A stretch of DNA of 63,972 bases, the filler included, from Reclinomonas americana ATCC 50394 (taxonomy: Eukaryota): assembly GCA_048213135.1 (NCBI GenBank). It is 21 parts of 21 records of this genome, joined end to end, with 100 filler letters (N's around TTAATTAATTAA, not from the genome) between each part and the next. Parts side by side here need not be neighbours in the genome. Positions count along the whole stretch, not along the records: positions 36,984 to 46,314 come from AFZH01021344.1; positions 46,415 to 47,429 come from AFZH01021345.1; positions 47,530 to 50,450 come from AFZH01021346.1; 18 more parts are not named here. One strand, written 5' to 3'. The notes beneath the pieces were generated by a model. It saw only the letters and a program-made list of their open reading frames with translations. It was not told the DNA's origin and did not search any database. Shown in pieces: positions 37,001 to 49,889 of the stretch. Position 1 is the first letter of the stretch. Each line of letters opens with the position of its first letter. The translations under genes were made by a program, and so were the position numbers.

Positions 37001-39135
37001 ATCCCCTTACACGCTTGTCACTCAGACTCTTTACGCGGTGGATCACGTGGGCGTGGCCGACGCACACGCTTTCACCATGGCGCTGGAGGGCGACAAGATG
37101 GCCATTCAGAGCGAGGGTGCGTGTGCTGTCGTCTATCACACACCGTTCTTCTTTTTTCTTCTCACGCCTCTGCGTGCACCAGGCGTGCCGTCGGTCGAAC
37201 GCTGGGTGGTGGACGAAGAGTTGGAGGTGTACTGTCAATTTGTTAATGAGCGCCTGTCCAACTTGCCGCTGCTGGCCGGCCGTTTGCCAGTGACCGCCAG
37301 CACCTTTGTCGCCGCCTGCCACGACGGTGTCATCTTGTCGTTGCGTGACACGGCTCATCTCGGTCGTGCTTTCGTTAGCTGACACTCATTTCGTGTCTCG
37401 CAGTGCACTATTGAATTACTTTGTGCCGCATACCATCGACGACCGAGTGGTCATCACCTCGCGTCACATGGCGGTGACCGACCGGTATCAGAATCTGAAT
37501 CTGGTGCTCAACTCGGCCAAGGGCGTCGGATGCCGTCTGCGTGACAACATCACGGCGGCCGACATTTCCGAGGGCGCCGTGCAGCACGTGGTGGCCATTA
37601 TCTGGCAGCTGTTCATGGTACGTGGCGAGTGTCCACACAAAGAAAAGAGAACAATGGTCTCATGCTGCGTTTTTGTTTGTTGCGCAGGTGAACATGGGCA
37701 ATCACCTCAGTGGCAAGATGCACCCGGAGATCATCCACCTGGCGACGGCGGACGAGAATGTCGACGCACTGCTGAAGCTGCCGCCGCTGACATTGTTGAT
37801 GCGCTGGGTCAACCATTTGTTGAAGAGAGTTGGATATCCGTCCACCGTGCGCAACTGGAACACGGATTGGGTGAACGGAGAGGCGGCAACGGTGAGCTCG
37901 TTGTTTCCATTTATTCCTAGAGTGTGCCACACACTCATCTTTGTGGTGCAGTATCTGTTCCAAGCGGTCGCCGACTCTGGCACATTCGACGCTGCCAAGG
38001 TGCTGGCGGACACGCAGGATCCTGTCGAACGTCTGGAGCGAGTGCACGAGGCGGCAGCTTCGTCACGCGCCGGTCACCACTTGTTCCTAGTGCCGAGCGC
38101 GGTGGCGCACGGTCACAGTCGGCTAATTATCGGCTGGGTCGGTGTGCTCTTCCAGATCAACACTTGCTTGGCGCCTGTGAGCCCGGCAGAGAGCGCTCAG
38201 TACGCACAGCTGCTGGCACACGACGAGGAAGGCTCACGACAGGAACGAGGTGCGCCGATCACAATCTTCCCCCTTTTTTGGTCATTACTCACTGCGGTGG
38301 TGGTGGTGCAGCATATCGCTTCTGGTTGCAGAACCTCGGATTCCAAGTGAACAATCTGTACGAGGATGTGCGCGACGGCCTGCTGCTGCTCAAGGCCTTC
38401 GACTGCATCCACCCCGGCATCGTGCAGTGGAAGCGTATCAACCTCAACCCACGCAGTGTGTTCGCCATGAGCGGCAACTGCGACTGCGCGCTGTCGATTG
38501 GCCGCGATCTGCAGTTCTCTCTCGTCAACATTTCCGGCTCCGACATTGTCAACGGCAACAAGAAGCTGATTCTGGCGCTGGTGTGGCAGATGCTGCGTGA
38601 TCACATTGTGACCACGCTGCGCGCCATGTCCAAGACCTCGCAGGCGATCACCGAAGCCGAGATCTGCGCGTGGGCCAACAGCAAGGTGCAGCAGAGCGGC
38701 CGCGAGTCGCACATTACCAGTCTGCACGATCCGGTGCTGGCCACTGGCCGCTTCATTCTCGAGCTGTGCGATGCGGTGCGACCGCGCATCGTCAACTGGG
38801 ACAATGTGAAGCCGGGAACCACACGTTGCGTCGCCGTCGAGCTGGGACATGTGTGTCGTTGGGCGAAGGTGTCTGATCTGTGTCATGGCAGCCGACGAGC
38901 GCAAGTCCAACAGCCAGTACGCCATCTCTGTGGCAAGAGCGCTCGGAACGACGCTCTTTGGTTGCCTATGGGAGGACATTGTCGTTGCGTTGTACACACG
39001 CAGAGAGGCTTGTGTTGTGAAGCTGTGTTGCTCACTTTCCGCATTTCACAGGAGGTCAACTCGCGTGCGATCTTGCTCATCCTCGGCAACTTGTGGATGA
39101 TGGATCGTCCGGCGAATGCAAGACCTGTGCGCTGA
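33112..39135 (+). CDS. Fimbrin/plastin-family actin bundler with an added low-complexity and long coiled-coil N-terminus
   Basis: Spliced exons give a coiled coil (34299-~36020), an EF-hand pair (LFNQFNIDAAGFLQLEEF; ADFDDDEVDWWDL) and four CH domains (DGVILSALLN..PHTIDDR; LLKLPPLTLLMRWVNH; EGSRQERAYRFW..NNLYEDVRDG; ICAWANSKV). The link to exon 33112-33658 crosses a gap and needs at least one hidden exon. Confidence 0.85.
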
Positions 39136-39249
39136 CAGGAAGACTACTTGTCATCGCAATGACCTTTATCACACACAGCAGAAGAGAGGAAAGAAAGAGG
39201 ACCAATGAATAACGAAGTGTGTCCCGTCTGTCATCAGTCTGCAGACTGA

Positions 39250-42200
39250 ATGCAGTGCGAATGGGCTGCACTGGTGCACGCCTTGCAGTCTCCATTGACC
39301 TCTCGCGATGAGGAGGAACACCGGGCCACCGCAGTTCTCGCCTTTGCTCGGCGATTCCCAGTCTTTGCGACACGCACTGCTCGCCTTGTCATTGTGCGCG
39401 CAAACACACACAAACAGACAGAGAGCATGCAGCAGCAACGTTGCTCACACACACAGTGTGCACAGAGTCGACCTCCAGTGTCACCACAGCTCACTGATGT
39501 TGCGTCTGTCTGTGTATATGCACACAGCACTCTCTCACTCATTCCTCACAGGCTCTGTTCATTCTGTGTCTGGAGGGCCTGCTGGAGCCGCGAGCTGTGC
39601 ACTCTGTGATTACTGCGGGTGCACTGGAGGATGCAGAGCAGTGGCGCGTGTTTGCGCGCTTTGCCTTGCTGTGGATCACGTGCACGAGAAAGAAGAATGC
39701 AACGAGGAGTGTGGTGGAAGCGTGCTTGGCAGGCATGCAACGCGATGTGGCGGTGGTGCGAGCGCAGTGGGAGAGTGGTGCGTGCGGGAGGGAAGGATCG
39801 GGAGGATCGTTGAGCTCTCATGCTGGCAGTGCAGGATCGCCTTCTGTGCTGCGGTGGTGTTTGAGGTGGTTGTCGCCGGCGTGTTGTGAGCGTGTGACTG
39901 TGCTGGTGCGTGATGAGGTGCTGCTGGAGGCGTTGCTGCAGCAGGGTGTGGGTCGTGATGTCGTGACGCCAGTGCTGTCGGCCCTCGGTGCCTTGGCAGG
40001 TGATTAAGGAGTGCATGTCCATCTCTATTCGTTGCTCACTGTGCGCCCGCAGCCGCGTTGCTCTCGGCGTGGAACACCGCGCCAGTGCCTCTGTCTTCTG
40101 TTGCTGGCGGTGTGGATTGTGTGGAGTTGTCGTCGGAGGCCGATGTTGCACTGCAGGAGGCTGTTCGTGCGGCGGTGGCGCGTGGACGGCTCGGCCTGCG
40201 CGAGCGGGAGGAACTGGTGCGGCACACGACGGAAGCGTTGATGGGTGGCGCACGCGAACGACGGGTGTCGCAGGCGGTGTGCGGCTTTGTGGAGCGCACG
40301 TGGAGCAGAGTGGATGACGAAATGACCAAGCCGCCGTGGTGGTTGCTGAGTCGAGTGGTGGAGCATGACAAAGACTTGCTGGGTGCTCTGGAGTTGCATC
40401 GGCTGGCCTGGCACATTGGTGTGCAATGTTGGAGCGCTGCGCATGTGCACTGGGATTGTGCCTCACTGCTGTGCAGGGGGCGATGTGGGTGCTGCAAGCG
40501 GCGCCGTTCGTCGATTGGCGCTGTCGGTGCCTGCTGAAGAGCTTGCCGACACGATGCGTGCGTGCTTGACCGATGTGGGGATGGATGGGGCGGTGAGTGC
40601 CCTTTGTACAAAAAAGGACGAGAAGACAGTTGCTCATCGCGGTGTGGCACAGCGACGGGCTGGATTGGGCGAGATTGTAGCGGCGGTGATTGCTGTGAAT
40701 GATGGCAGCCGGCTCTTAACAGTCAAGGAGGCACTCGAGTGGCCTGCAGCCAGTGCGCAGTCGCCGTCCGTGCTGGTCGAAGCGGCCATGATCTGCTTGG
40801 AGAGCACGCCAGCGGGCTCGTCCATTGTGCAGGTACGTCGATGTTGATGCATGCTGATATCTGAACTTGCAAACCAAAGAACTCTCTCGTCGCAGCGCCT
40901 GTTGTCACCGCAACTGGTGAACTTGTGGGACTTTTTGATGACGATTCGGATTCACGACAAGGTCTCTCCCTCTTCGACGCTATGTGATGCAAGCATTGAC
41001 CTCATTGATCACTGTCTCGCCTCAACACAGTCGCTGTTCCACATATTAGCACCCCCGCATGCGAATCTGAGTGTCGCCCGAGTGGATGTGTTGGTCGAGT
41101 TGGCAATGCTGCTCGACACCCGGCTGCACTCGACGGCGGAGGACGACTCCAAGTCGCCGCTGTTTGAGATCAGCGAGTGGTTGATTCGTCTGGCGCACGC
41201 CAATCGGCAGCTGCTGGCGGCGGTGCAGTCGCGTTTGGTGCCGCAGTGTGAGGCCAGTGAGTTGTTGCGGAGGTTGTCAGTTGCGTGCAAGGGGGGAAGG
41301 GGGGTATAAAGGGAAAGGGAGGGGGCAAAGGGAAAGGGAGGGGGCGAAAGGGGAAGGGAGGGAGGGAGGCAAGAGAGAGAGAGAGAAAGGGACAAGGGAA
41401 GTAGGGAAACGAAGAGGGGAAGAGAGGGACAGGGAGCAGGGAAGGAGGCAAAGGGAGGAAGGGACAAGGCAAGAAGTGAAACGAAGAGGGAGGGAGAGTA
41501 GTCAGTTGCGTCGAAGGGGGAAGGGTGGGAAAGGGAGCGGGGAGGAGGCAAAGGGGGAGGAAGGGATGCGTGAAGAAGTGAAATGCGTAGGAAGGGGGAG
41601 GGAGAGGGAGGGGCAAAGGGAGGGAGGGAGGCGGAGAGTAGTCAGTTGCGTCGAAGGGGGAAGGGTGGGAAAGGGAGCACGGAAGGAGGCCAAGGGGGAG
41701 GAAGGGATTAGGAAAGAAGTGAAATGCGGAGGGAGAAGGGGGAGGGGTCGAAGGGAGAGGCAGTGAGGACATTGGAGAATTTAAAAGTTGTGAAGGTAGA
41801 TTGGACCTTGTCCACAGAGTACTTAGAGACTTCTGATGGATGAGATGTCCAGAATGCGTGCTGGCTGAGCGAGAGCGGGTGTTGTTTGAAGTGCATGGCG
41901 ATTCGCCGGATTGTGAAGACCTTTGGTGCAGAAGATAACCAGAAGTAGAGATGAGTGTTGTCTGTCCACCAAGACTTGATTAGAGACTCTGGCATTGCGT
42001 AATGTTATGAAAGAGTTGTTTGTCGACGGTCAAGCGCCAGAGAGCATGAGTGTTTTCTTTCCAATCACTTGCGTGAGTAGAGAGGCACTGCCCACGCATG
42101 CACGAGTGCGTGCTGTCTCGCCATGCCCATCGCATCAGTTGATATTGAACAGTCAGGCATGAGGTGCCTTCCCACCGTCTGTTGCTTGAGTGGGAACCAC

Positions 42201-45200
42201 GTTAGGGTATGTAGGCTATACACCATCGCTTGATTGAGTAGCGCTCAATCCTGTGCGAGTGTGTCTCCCACCATCTGTCGAGTGGGAATCATGCGAATGC
42301 GTGCTGTTTATGCACTGCAGTTTGCTTGAATGTAGAGACCTTGTCTTTTGCGAGAGAGTGTGTGTGTGTGCGTGTGTGTTGCTGCTGCAAGATATCTGTT
42401 GCTTGAGTCACTCGCTTTCACAAGTGTTGTATTGTCGCCACGCAGCATTCTTACCGCCAATTGTGACGCAGGATGTCAATCCATCACTGCGCACTCGTCT
42501 TGCTCGTGCTCTGCAGGTGTGCACGGAATGGGTTGTGTCGAGGTTTGTCGCCTTCCAACGCATCTTCTTTTGCGTTGTTGTGCCTGACTGCTCCATGCAG
42601 TGGATGGTCAGATATCGACATTGAGTGCATCCGCCGCACAAGTAGCGCAATTCTTGGTGAGTGCAACGCACACACTGCGAGGGGACGTGTTCTCTCTCTC
42701 TCTCTGTGTGTTTGTGTATGTGCCTCTCTTTCTCTCTCTGTCACTCTCCGTGTGTTCTCAACGAGTATCTTCGCATCTCCAGGCGATGCATCTGAGGACG
42801 GTGCACCGGCGGAAAAGCGTCGTCGCACTCTTCAATCTTCCTCGTCGTCGTCGGCTGCAGTCGCAGATGATGTGGCGGTATTGTACTTGAAGATGCTGAA
42901 GGTATCGACTGTGCAAAGGAGTGTGCTTCCTTCTCATTCTCACGTTCCTGTTATGGCAGTCTGACGTCGGAGCTGCGCGGTTGCTCTTTCGCTTCGCTCT
43001 CGGTCGTGGTGAAGGCGCATGGAGTGCGTATCTTCGTGACACGTTACTTGCCACTACACGAACTGCGGATGACACGGTGGCGGAGGTGGCGCAACGAGCA
43101 CGACACTTGCAGGCACTGCATCTGTGGACCCCTGACGGTATGCCGTCTGCGTGATATCGTCTGTGAGTTCTGCGCTCAAGAAGTAGAGGTTGCAGGATCC
43201 CGATTGGTTGCCCTCCGTCCACTCTCAACTCCACTGCCACCAGCACTCCTCAAACAAAGTCAATCGCTAACTGCGTCGTCATCCTCCAGGTCTGTCCTTG
43301 ATTTCCACTTGCTGTGGATGCAGTACTGATCGTTCGTTCGTCGCAGCCTCTACGCACAAGCAGAGACGATCTCGCAGATCGGTCGCCTCAGCGTGCACTA
43401 CATGCAGACGGCGCCGTTTCCGAATGGGGTTGCCCTCGGTACGTCTCGTGTGTGACTATCCATGTAGGCAGTGACTCATTCCTGTGTCACCCAGCTCGGT
43501 TTTTGTCCAACGTGCTGCGCAATTTGTCAACGAGTGCTGATGTATCGCGACTGGTGGAGGAGTTGCAGCGCTTGTTGCCGTTTCTGTTGGAAGACACTGT
43601 TGCTGGCTTGCTTCGGTGTGTGGAACAGTTAAGTCACAGCACCTATCCAACGCTAATGAGTGCATGCATCCGCGAGCGCAGTTCTGTCCTCCTCGACGCA
43701 CTGCAGCCAGGGTGTGAAGCTGATGAGGTGCATCGCTCTCGAGTCGCCGGCGTGATGCGACTTGCCACGCAGCAGCCGCAGCTTCCGTGGAGTGCAGTGT
43801 TCGATGGCGACGTTTGCGCTCGTCTCGTGTTCAGTCGCACGCAGGCAGTGCGCCGATCGCGATTGCAGACAGTCGCCAAGCCAGTGGCTGAGCAAGTGAT
43901 TGAGCTGCTGGAGACGGCGCGTGGTGGCACCGCTCGTCTCCTCGGCGAGTGCACGCTGCTGCGCAATCGGCTGTGGTGGTTTGCCACTCGATTCGCTCCA
44001 GCCACTGTGCAGGCACGAATGCTATCCTACGCATGTGGCGATGGAGGGCAGCAGCAGCAACGACAGCAACAGCACCAATGTGCAGATGTGACTGACGATG
44101 ACGAGGAGGATGGGCGGAAGGAGATGGACGATGAAGATGACATTGGTTTGTACGTCACGTTGAAAGGTACGGAGTAGCTCTTCTGACGATATGTGAATTG
44201 CGCAGCGTTGCTGGATGCTGGCAAAAGTGCCAGTGCACCTGCGTTGCCTCCGCCCCGGATGCTGCTGTACACTGAAGCAGGTGAGTGGGTGTGGCGACTT
44301 TCCCGTCTCGTAGTGTCACTGACAGCACTCTCCTGGTGCAGGCACGTTTGTGGACCCGGAGGTGAGCTCCGGAAGCGACAATGCATCGTTCATTGCTCAC
44401 ATACAGCGCAGATTTCGTGGTTTGAGCGGCTGGCGGCGCTGGTGTTTTCTGGCAACCGATGGACGCCAGTCGTTGAATCCGCTGTGCGATCCTGTGAGCG
44501 GTTTCCACGAGGTCCAACGCCCATGCCACCACTGCGTGATCTGCTGCTGTGGGAGTGGCAGCGCGACAGTGCATCTCCGTGGAGCGTCGGTGTGTATCTT
44601 CCGGATTTCAATCTAGCTGCCAGCGCTTCTGACCATGCACTTGTGCAGTGCCATTGCTTCGCACAATGGTGGACGTTCATCTGCCTGCAGTGTTTGGCGA
44701 TTCAGTGACGGATCTGGCACAGGAAGTGCTCGTCGAGGCAGGGAACTTGAGAGATCGGGTGCAAGAGTTTCGTGATGATTCAGCTACAGTCAGTCTTGTG
44801 CTAATGAGTTGCGACAGAGAGCGACGCATCGTGGACACTCTGCAGTGCTTGTTTCAGCGGCTTCACGAACATGCAGCTGCTCAAGGTGGCTCGCGCGATT
44901 GGGGCGAGGTGGTGAGCACTGCAATGCAGCGCGTGCCACTGTCGGCGCAGTCGAGAGTTGCTGAGCGACTGGTGGTACCCGTGGTCGTCTCGCTGCGTCC
45001 ACCACGTGACCAAGCATCGTCGATGGCGTATGCAGGACACCAGCTGCGCCAACTGGACCTGTGCATGTCAATACTCGGTGATGGAGACGCACTCCGTCGA
45101 TTTCTGCCGCATTTTCTGGTGCAGGCGTGCGAGGCTGGTCTTGTGGCCTCCGCGCTCCTCTCGCAGTGTCGGGCGGTGGCCTCGTGGTGTGGTCGAATGG

Positions 45201-45726
45201 GTGCTGAATACTGCCAGCAATTGATCGGCGATGCCTTGCAGTGCGCGGTGCTCTCCATGCGGTGTGTCTGCATGCTATGAGTGCGGTGGATGAGTGTCAA
45301 TACTGATAGCGCAGAGCTAGGGTGACCAAGGACGCGGCAGATGGCTTCGTGGCTGATCTGCGAGAGGCCATCATGTCGGCACTTCCGTCTTCAGTTGTGA
45401 CGACGGCTTCTGGAGAAATGTGCACGCAGCAGCCGAGGTCAGCGGGCAACAACTGTTGCTTGAGCACCTCGTCTGATCCTGATTGCTGGTTGTCGCAGAA
45501 CTCCATCGCCAGTCAGCATGCTGGTCGACACCGCAGTCTTCCAGCGCTCGCCTTCACCTCCTCCTCCACCGCCACCACCACCACCAGCACCACCTACTCG
45601 ACCGGCTGCAACACTCGCATTGCCTCTGCGATCCACCACACCAGCGAAACCAATGCTGGTGCGCAGAACAACGGTGCGACGATGAACGTGGATGACGCAG
45701 CGACTGCATTACATTCGGGAGTGTAG
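39250..45726 (+). CDS. Large multi-exon hypothetical protein, Leu-rich and probably alpha-helical
   Basis: Chain of exons with GT-AG borders from MQCEWAALV... to ...ALHSGV*. The junctions I checked preserve frame. No family recognised. Confidence 0.65.
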
Positions 45727-46000
45727 CTATTCTGACATGGCTTCGGGAGCCGCCTCCTCTTCTCGTGATGGTAGTGCAATGCCCCTGCAAAGAGAGAAAT
45801 GTGAGGGACGAGGATGAGAGGGATGGGGCGAGCCAAAGGCGAGCAAGGAAGGTGAAGGGAGACGAGCAACGGGTGAGGAAGAGCACGAAAGAATTAACCA
45901 ACAGCACCGAGATGAAGCACGACACAAGGCAGAGTGAGACAATCGCACACTATCGCTCCCTCAGAAATCACACTCTTCTCCCTTTCTCTCCCCCTTCTTC

Positions 46001-46502
46001 TCACCTCGCCTCCGCCGCACTCTTCGCGCGCTTCAACAACCGCTCCTCCACAATGTTGGCCTCCTGGATGCGCAGATTCTTCTCTGCCAGCTCATACATG
46101 GCGTTCTCCAGCATGGCCAGCGCCTCACTCGATCCCATCTGCGACGACTTGCGTTTCCTGTTCACATCGTCGACTTCGGCGCGTGTCGAATCCAGCCGCG
46201 CCGTCGCCTGCCGTCCATAGTCCTCCACCAACGTGTTGCTCTTGCGCCACGCGTTGGGTCCGTACTTTTTCGCCAGCTCCAGGTTGATGATGCGCGTGCT
46301 CTGGTGCTGCAGCANNNNNNNNNNNNNNNNNNNNNNNNNNNNNNNNNNNNNNNNNNNNTTAATTAATTAANNNNNNNNNNNNNNNNNNNNNNNNNNNNNN
46401 NNNNNNNNNNNNNNGCAGGCGAGCGGTGGCCACGGAGGATTCCCACTCGGCGGGGTCGTCCGAGGAGGGTCGGGGGAGTTTGTAGCGCGAGAGGTCGACG
46501 TC
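46001..46502 (-). CDS. BCAS2: Pre-mRNA splicing factor SPF27/BCAS2, last exon
   Basis: DVDLSRYKLP...EWESSVATARLLLQHQSTRIINLELAKKYGPNAW...VNRKRKSSQ are BCAS2 motifs. The exon is split by a linker. Confidence 0.9.
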
Positions 46503-47875
46503 CTAGGTGGGAAAGGGGGAAGGGGGCGAGGGAAAGGGGGGAAGGGGGTGAGGGAAAGGGGGGAAGGTGAGGGAAGGGGGTGAGGAGAGAGAAGGGGGTG
46601 AGGGAAAGGGGGAAAGGAGAGGGAAGGGGGTGAGGGAAAGGGGTGAGGAGAGAGAAGAGGGGGAGGGAAAGGGGGAAGGAGAGGGAAGGGCATGACATCA
46701 TGAAAGAGAGGCTTGCTATGTGCAGAGTGTGCAAGTCGAGCAGTCCTTGCAGACTCTCACCACGAGGTGTGTGAGGGAGAGAAGAGAGAAAGGAGAAGAG
46801 AGAAGACAGTCAGCACTGCTGCACTCGCAACCGTCACGCAGAGACGCAAGTGTGCATGAGCAAATGAGAGACTCGCATCCCTCGAGACTTTCAGCGCGCG
46901 GTGTGCAAAGGAGGGGGAAGTGAGAAGAGAGCAGAGGGAAACAGAGATGGAGAGCACGCCCTGTTGCACTTGCATGGCTTGCGCATGAAACAGAGGCTTT
47001 CTTTGTGGAGAGTGTACATGAACGAGTGAGAGACTCGCATCCATCGAGACTTTCAGCGAGTGGTGAGCAAAGGAGGGGGAAGAGAGAAGAGAGCAGAGAG
47101 CAAGTGAATAGAGAGCACGACATGTTTCGCTCTTCCATGGCTTGTGCATGAAAGAGATGCTTGCTCTGTACACGTCGAGCAGTAACGTTGCATCCCTCGA
47201 GAATCCAACCGCAAAGTGTGTGCGCGGTGTACAAAAGAGGAAGAGGAGAGCAGAGAGAAAGAGAGATGGACACCATACCCAGCGTCACTCTCGACTGCCA
47301 TGCAGCATGAATGAGTGAGAGACTTGCACTGCGCAGAGTGCAAGTGAGAGAAAGAGTAACTCAGCATCAACTTTTGTCTCTCACACACAGAACTCATGCT
47401 ACTCCCTTTCTCCCTCCCTCCCTCTCTCTNNNNNNNNNNNNNNNNNNNNNNNNNNNNNNNNNNNNNNNNNNNNTTAATTAATTAANNNNNNNNNNNNNNN
47501 NNNNNNNNNNNNNNNNNNNNNNNNNNNNNCTCTCTCTCTCTCTCTCTCTGTCACGCATTCAAGTCACGTGCATTCTCTGTGAGATTTCCCTTGCATTTCT
47601 GACAGATTGTGCGAGTTGTCTTGCATCTTTCTCTTTTTTCGCTCTCTCTCACACACACTCTCTTCTGTGCGCTGCTTTGAGCTCAGTATCTGCACCGTGC
47701 TTCAGTGTCTCTGCATAGCTGAGTCTCTCGTCAACATCCGCCTTGCATTTTCACTTATTGAGCGAGTTGTCTTGCCGCTCCTTCCCTCTCCTCCCCCCTT
47801 CTCCCTCCCCTCCATCTCCCTCTCCCTCTCCCTCCCCCTCTCCCTCCCCCCTCTCCTTCCCCCCTTCTCCCCCAG

Positions 47876-48886
47876 GCCCCCGTCGTGGACGTCGTCGTCG
47901 CGGTGGAGAACCCCGCCCTCTGGCATCATGAGAACATGCTGTTGAACCGACAAGACTACTCCACACTGGCAGTGCTCATGGGTTTGTCGTTTTATTTCGC
48001 GCCGACAGTGATCACCTTGATGCCGACGTGTGGCGCTGCAGGTGGTCGACTGGTGGGCGGAATCGCGCAGAGCTTTGGTGCACGAGTGTGGTACAATCCG
48101 TATGCTACTGTGGATGGAGTGGTGTGTTGTTGTATTGCTTGCTCCATCTCTCTTTGCCGCCTTTCCCTGCTCACCACCCTCCCCCAGCGCGTCAAATACG
48201 GCGTGGTGAGCATGTCAGCACTGGAGAACGACTTGCGGCACTGGGAAACACTATTCCTCGCCGGCCGGTTGCACAAGCCGGTGTGCACCACTCTTTGTCA
48301 TGCCCTTGCTTGCTTGTGCCCCCATGTGGCCTTACTTTGTCGGTAGGTCAAGTTCATTCACGGCGAAGCACCACTGCCGGAGCATCTGGAAGAGGCACTG
48401 CAGCAGAACCTGCGTAGTGCGGTGTACACGGCGCTGCTGATGCTGCCGACGCACTTTACTGTGGGCGACTTGTACCAAAAGATTACTGGCCTCTCGTACA
48501 CGGGTTTGTTTGCAGGCGTTTCTGCGGATACATCAGCTGTTCGCGACTGACGTCTGTGACGCAGGCGATCCACGCATGGGCATGGCAGAGAATCCCGACA
48601 AGGTGCACAACATCGTGCACGGTCACCTGCCACTCTTTGAAGAGCTCTACGCACCACTCCTGCCATCCATACGCGGTCTCCAAGCCAATGTCGACACTGG
48701 AAATTGCTCGGTGAGTGACTTCTCTCTCTCTCCTTTCCTGTCTCTTCATCTTGCGTGTGTGTACGAGTGCGTCTGTATGTCTCTCTGTCTCTCTATCTGT
48801 CTCTCTCTCTCTCACTCTGTGCGTGCGTGTCTGTGCGAGTGTGTGTCTGTCTGTCTCTCTCTATATGTCTGTCTGTCTGTCTCTCC

Positions 48887-48924
<38 letters not shown>

Positions 48925-49889
48925 TGTGTTTGTGTGTGTGTTTTTCTGCCCTTCCTCTCACCATTTTACAGTTTGACCACTCGCCCGAGTCCGTGGCGCA
49001 CGCGCTGAGTCAGCTCCCATGGTGGCTGCAGCAAGATGTGCTGGAGACGTGGCGCGGTGCCTCGCCACCAGAGCCACCGCGGGACGGTTTGTCGCGCTCT
49101 CCTCCTCGCCCCATTGTCAGCGCTGACGCAATCCCTGTACAGGCCTGCTGCGCATCACCTCGCTGGATCTGGTGGGCGAAACGGTCACCATCTCCAACGT
49201 CGGCTACCTGCCAGTGTCACTCGAGGGGCACGTGCTGATGGATCACCAAACACACATTGGTCAGGCGAAGCGCGGACGATACACCTTCCCCGCCGGTGTG
49301 TGACAAAAGGAACTGTGATACGATGACATCGGTGGACGACTAATATCTGTGCGTTGCGTGAACAGGAATGATGCTGGGTCCAGGCCGAGCGGTCACACTG
49401 CACAGCGGGCCGCGAGCCAAGCGCACACGACAGTACGTTTGTTGATGAGAGAGATGATCTCGTAGCCCGCTGATTCGCTTCTGCACAGAACATACGACGG
49501 CACCTCGCACATCAACTGGATGTACTATCGAGTGTGGAACAATGACGGTGACGTGGCGTATCTGCTGGACTCGCAGGGTGCCGAGGTGCACCGTTTGGGA
49601 CGTGGTCCGCGTGGTGAGCAGTCGTGCACACGCCGCGATCTTTCCCCCGCAACCGTTGTCTCACCTCATGGCAGGCAATGATCCACTCTACGAGATGGCA
49701 CTCCACGAGCACGATCGGGGGGCGTCACGCGTACCCTCACTGGTCGAGCAGGCCGTCAGTCGACGGGTGCGCTCGAGCATGAATGGTCAGTATTTCCTCG
49801 GTGTGCTGTCGGCGGGCCCACTCGGCGCCCTCCGATATGTGCGGGAGAAGGTGGAGAAGAACTGGCGAGTGCGTGCCACGCGGAGGTGA
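47876..49889 (+). CDS. TAM41: Mitochondrial phosphatidate cytidylyltransferase TAM41 with an inserted lamin-tail domain; 5' end missing
   Basis: VDVVVAVENPALWHHENMLLN, VKYGVVS...DLRHWETLFLAGRLHKP, NLRSAV, ITGLSYTGDPRMGMAENPDKVHNIV, and the C-terminal SS..QYFLGVLSAG...YVREKVEKNW. Confidence 0.93.

Noticed and set aside
37339..37403. Non-GT (TT) donors as an explanation for GTTGCGT sites
   Set aside because: Cutting one base later breaks the frame of conserved fimbrin (DGVILSALLN); the GT position is required.
41708..41995. 95-aa antisense ORF inside an intron
   Set aside because: Composition differs from its surroundings, but there is no recognisable motif and the end runs into simple repeat.
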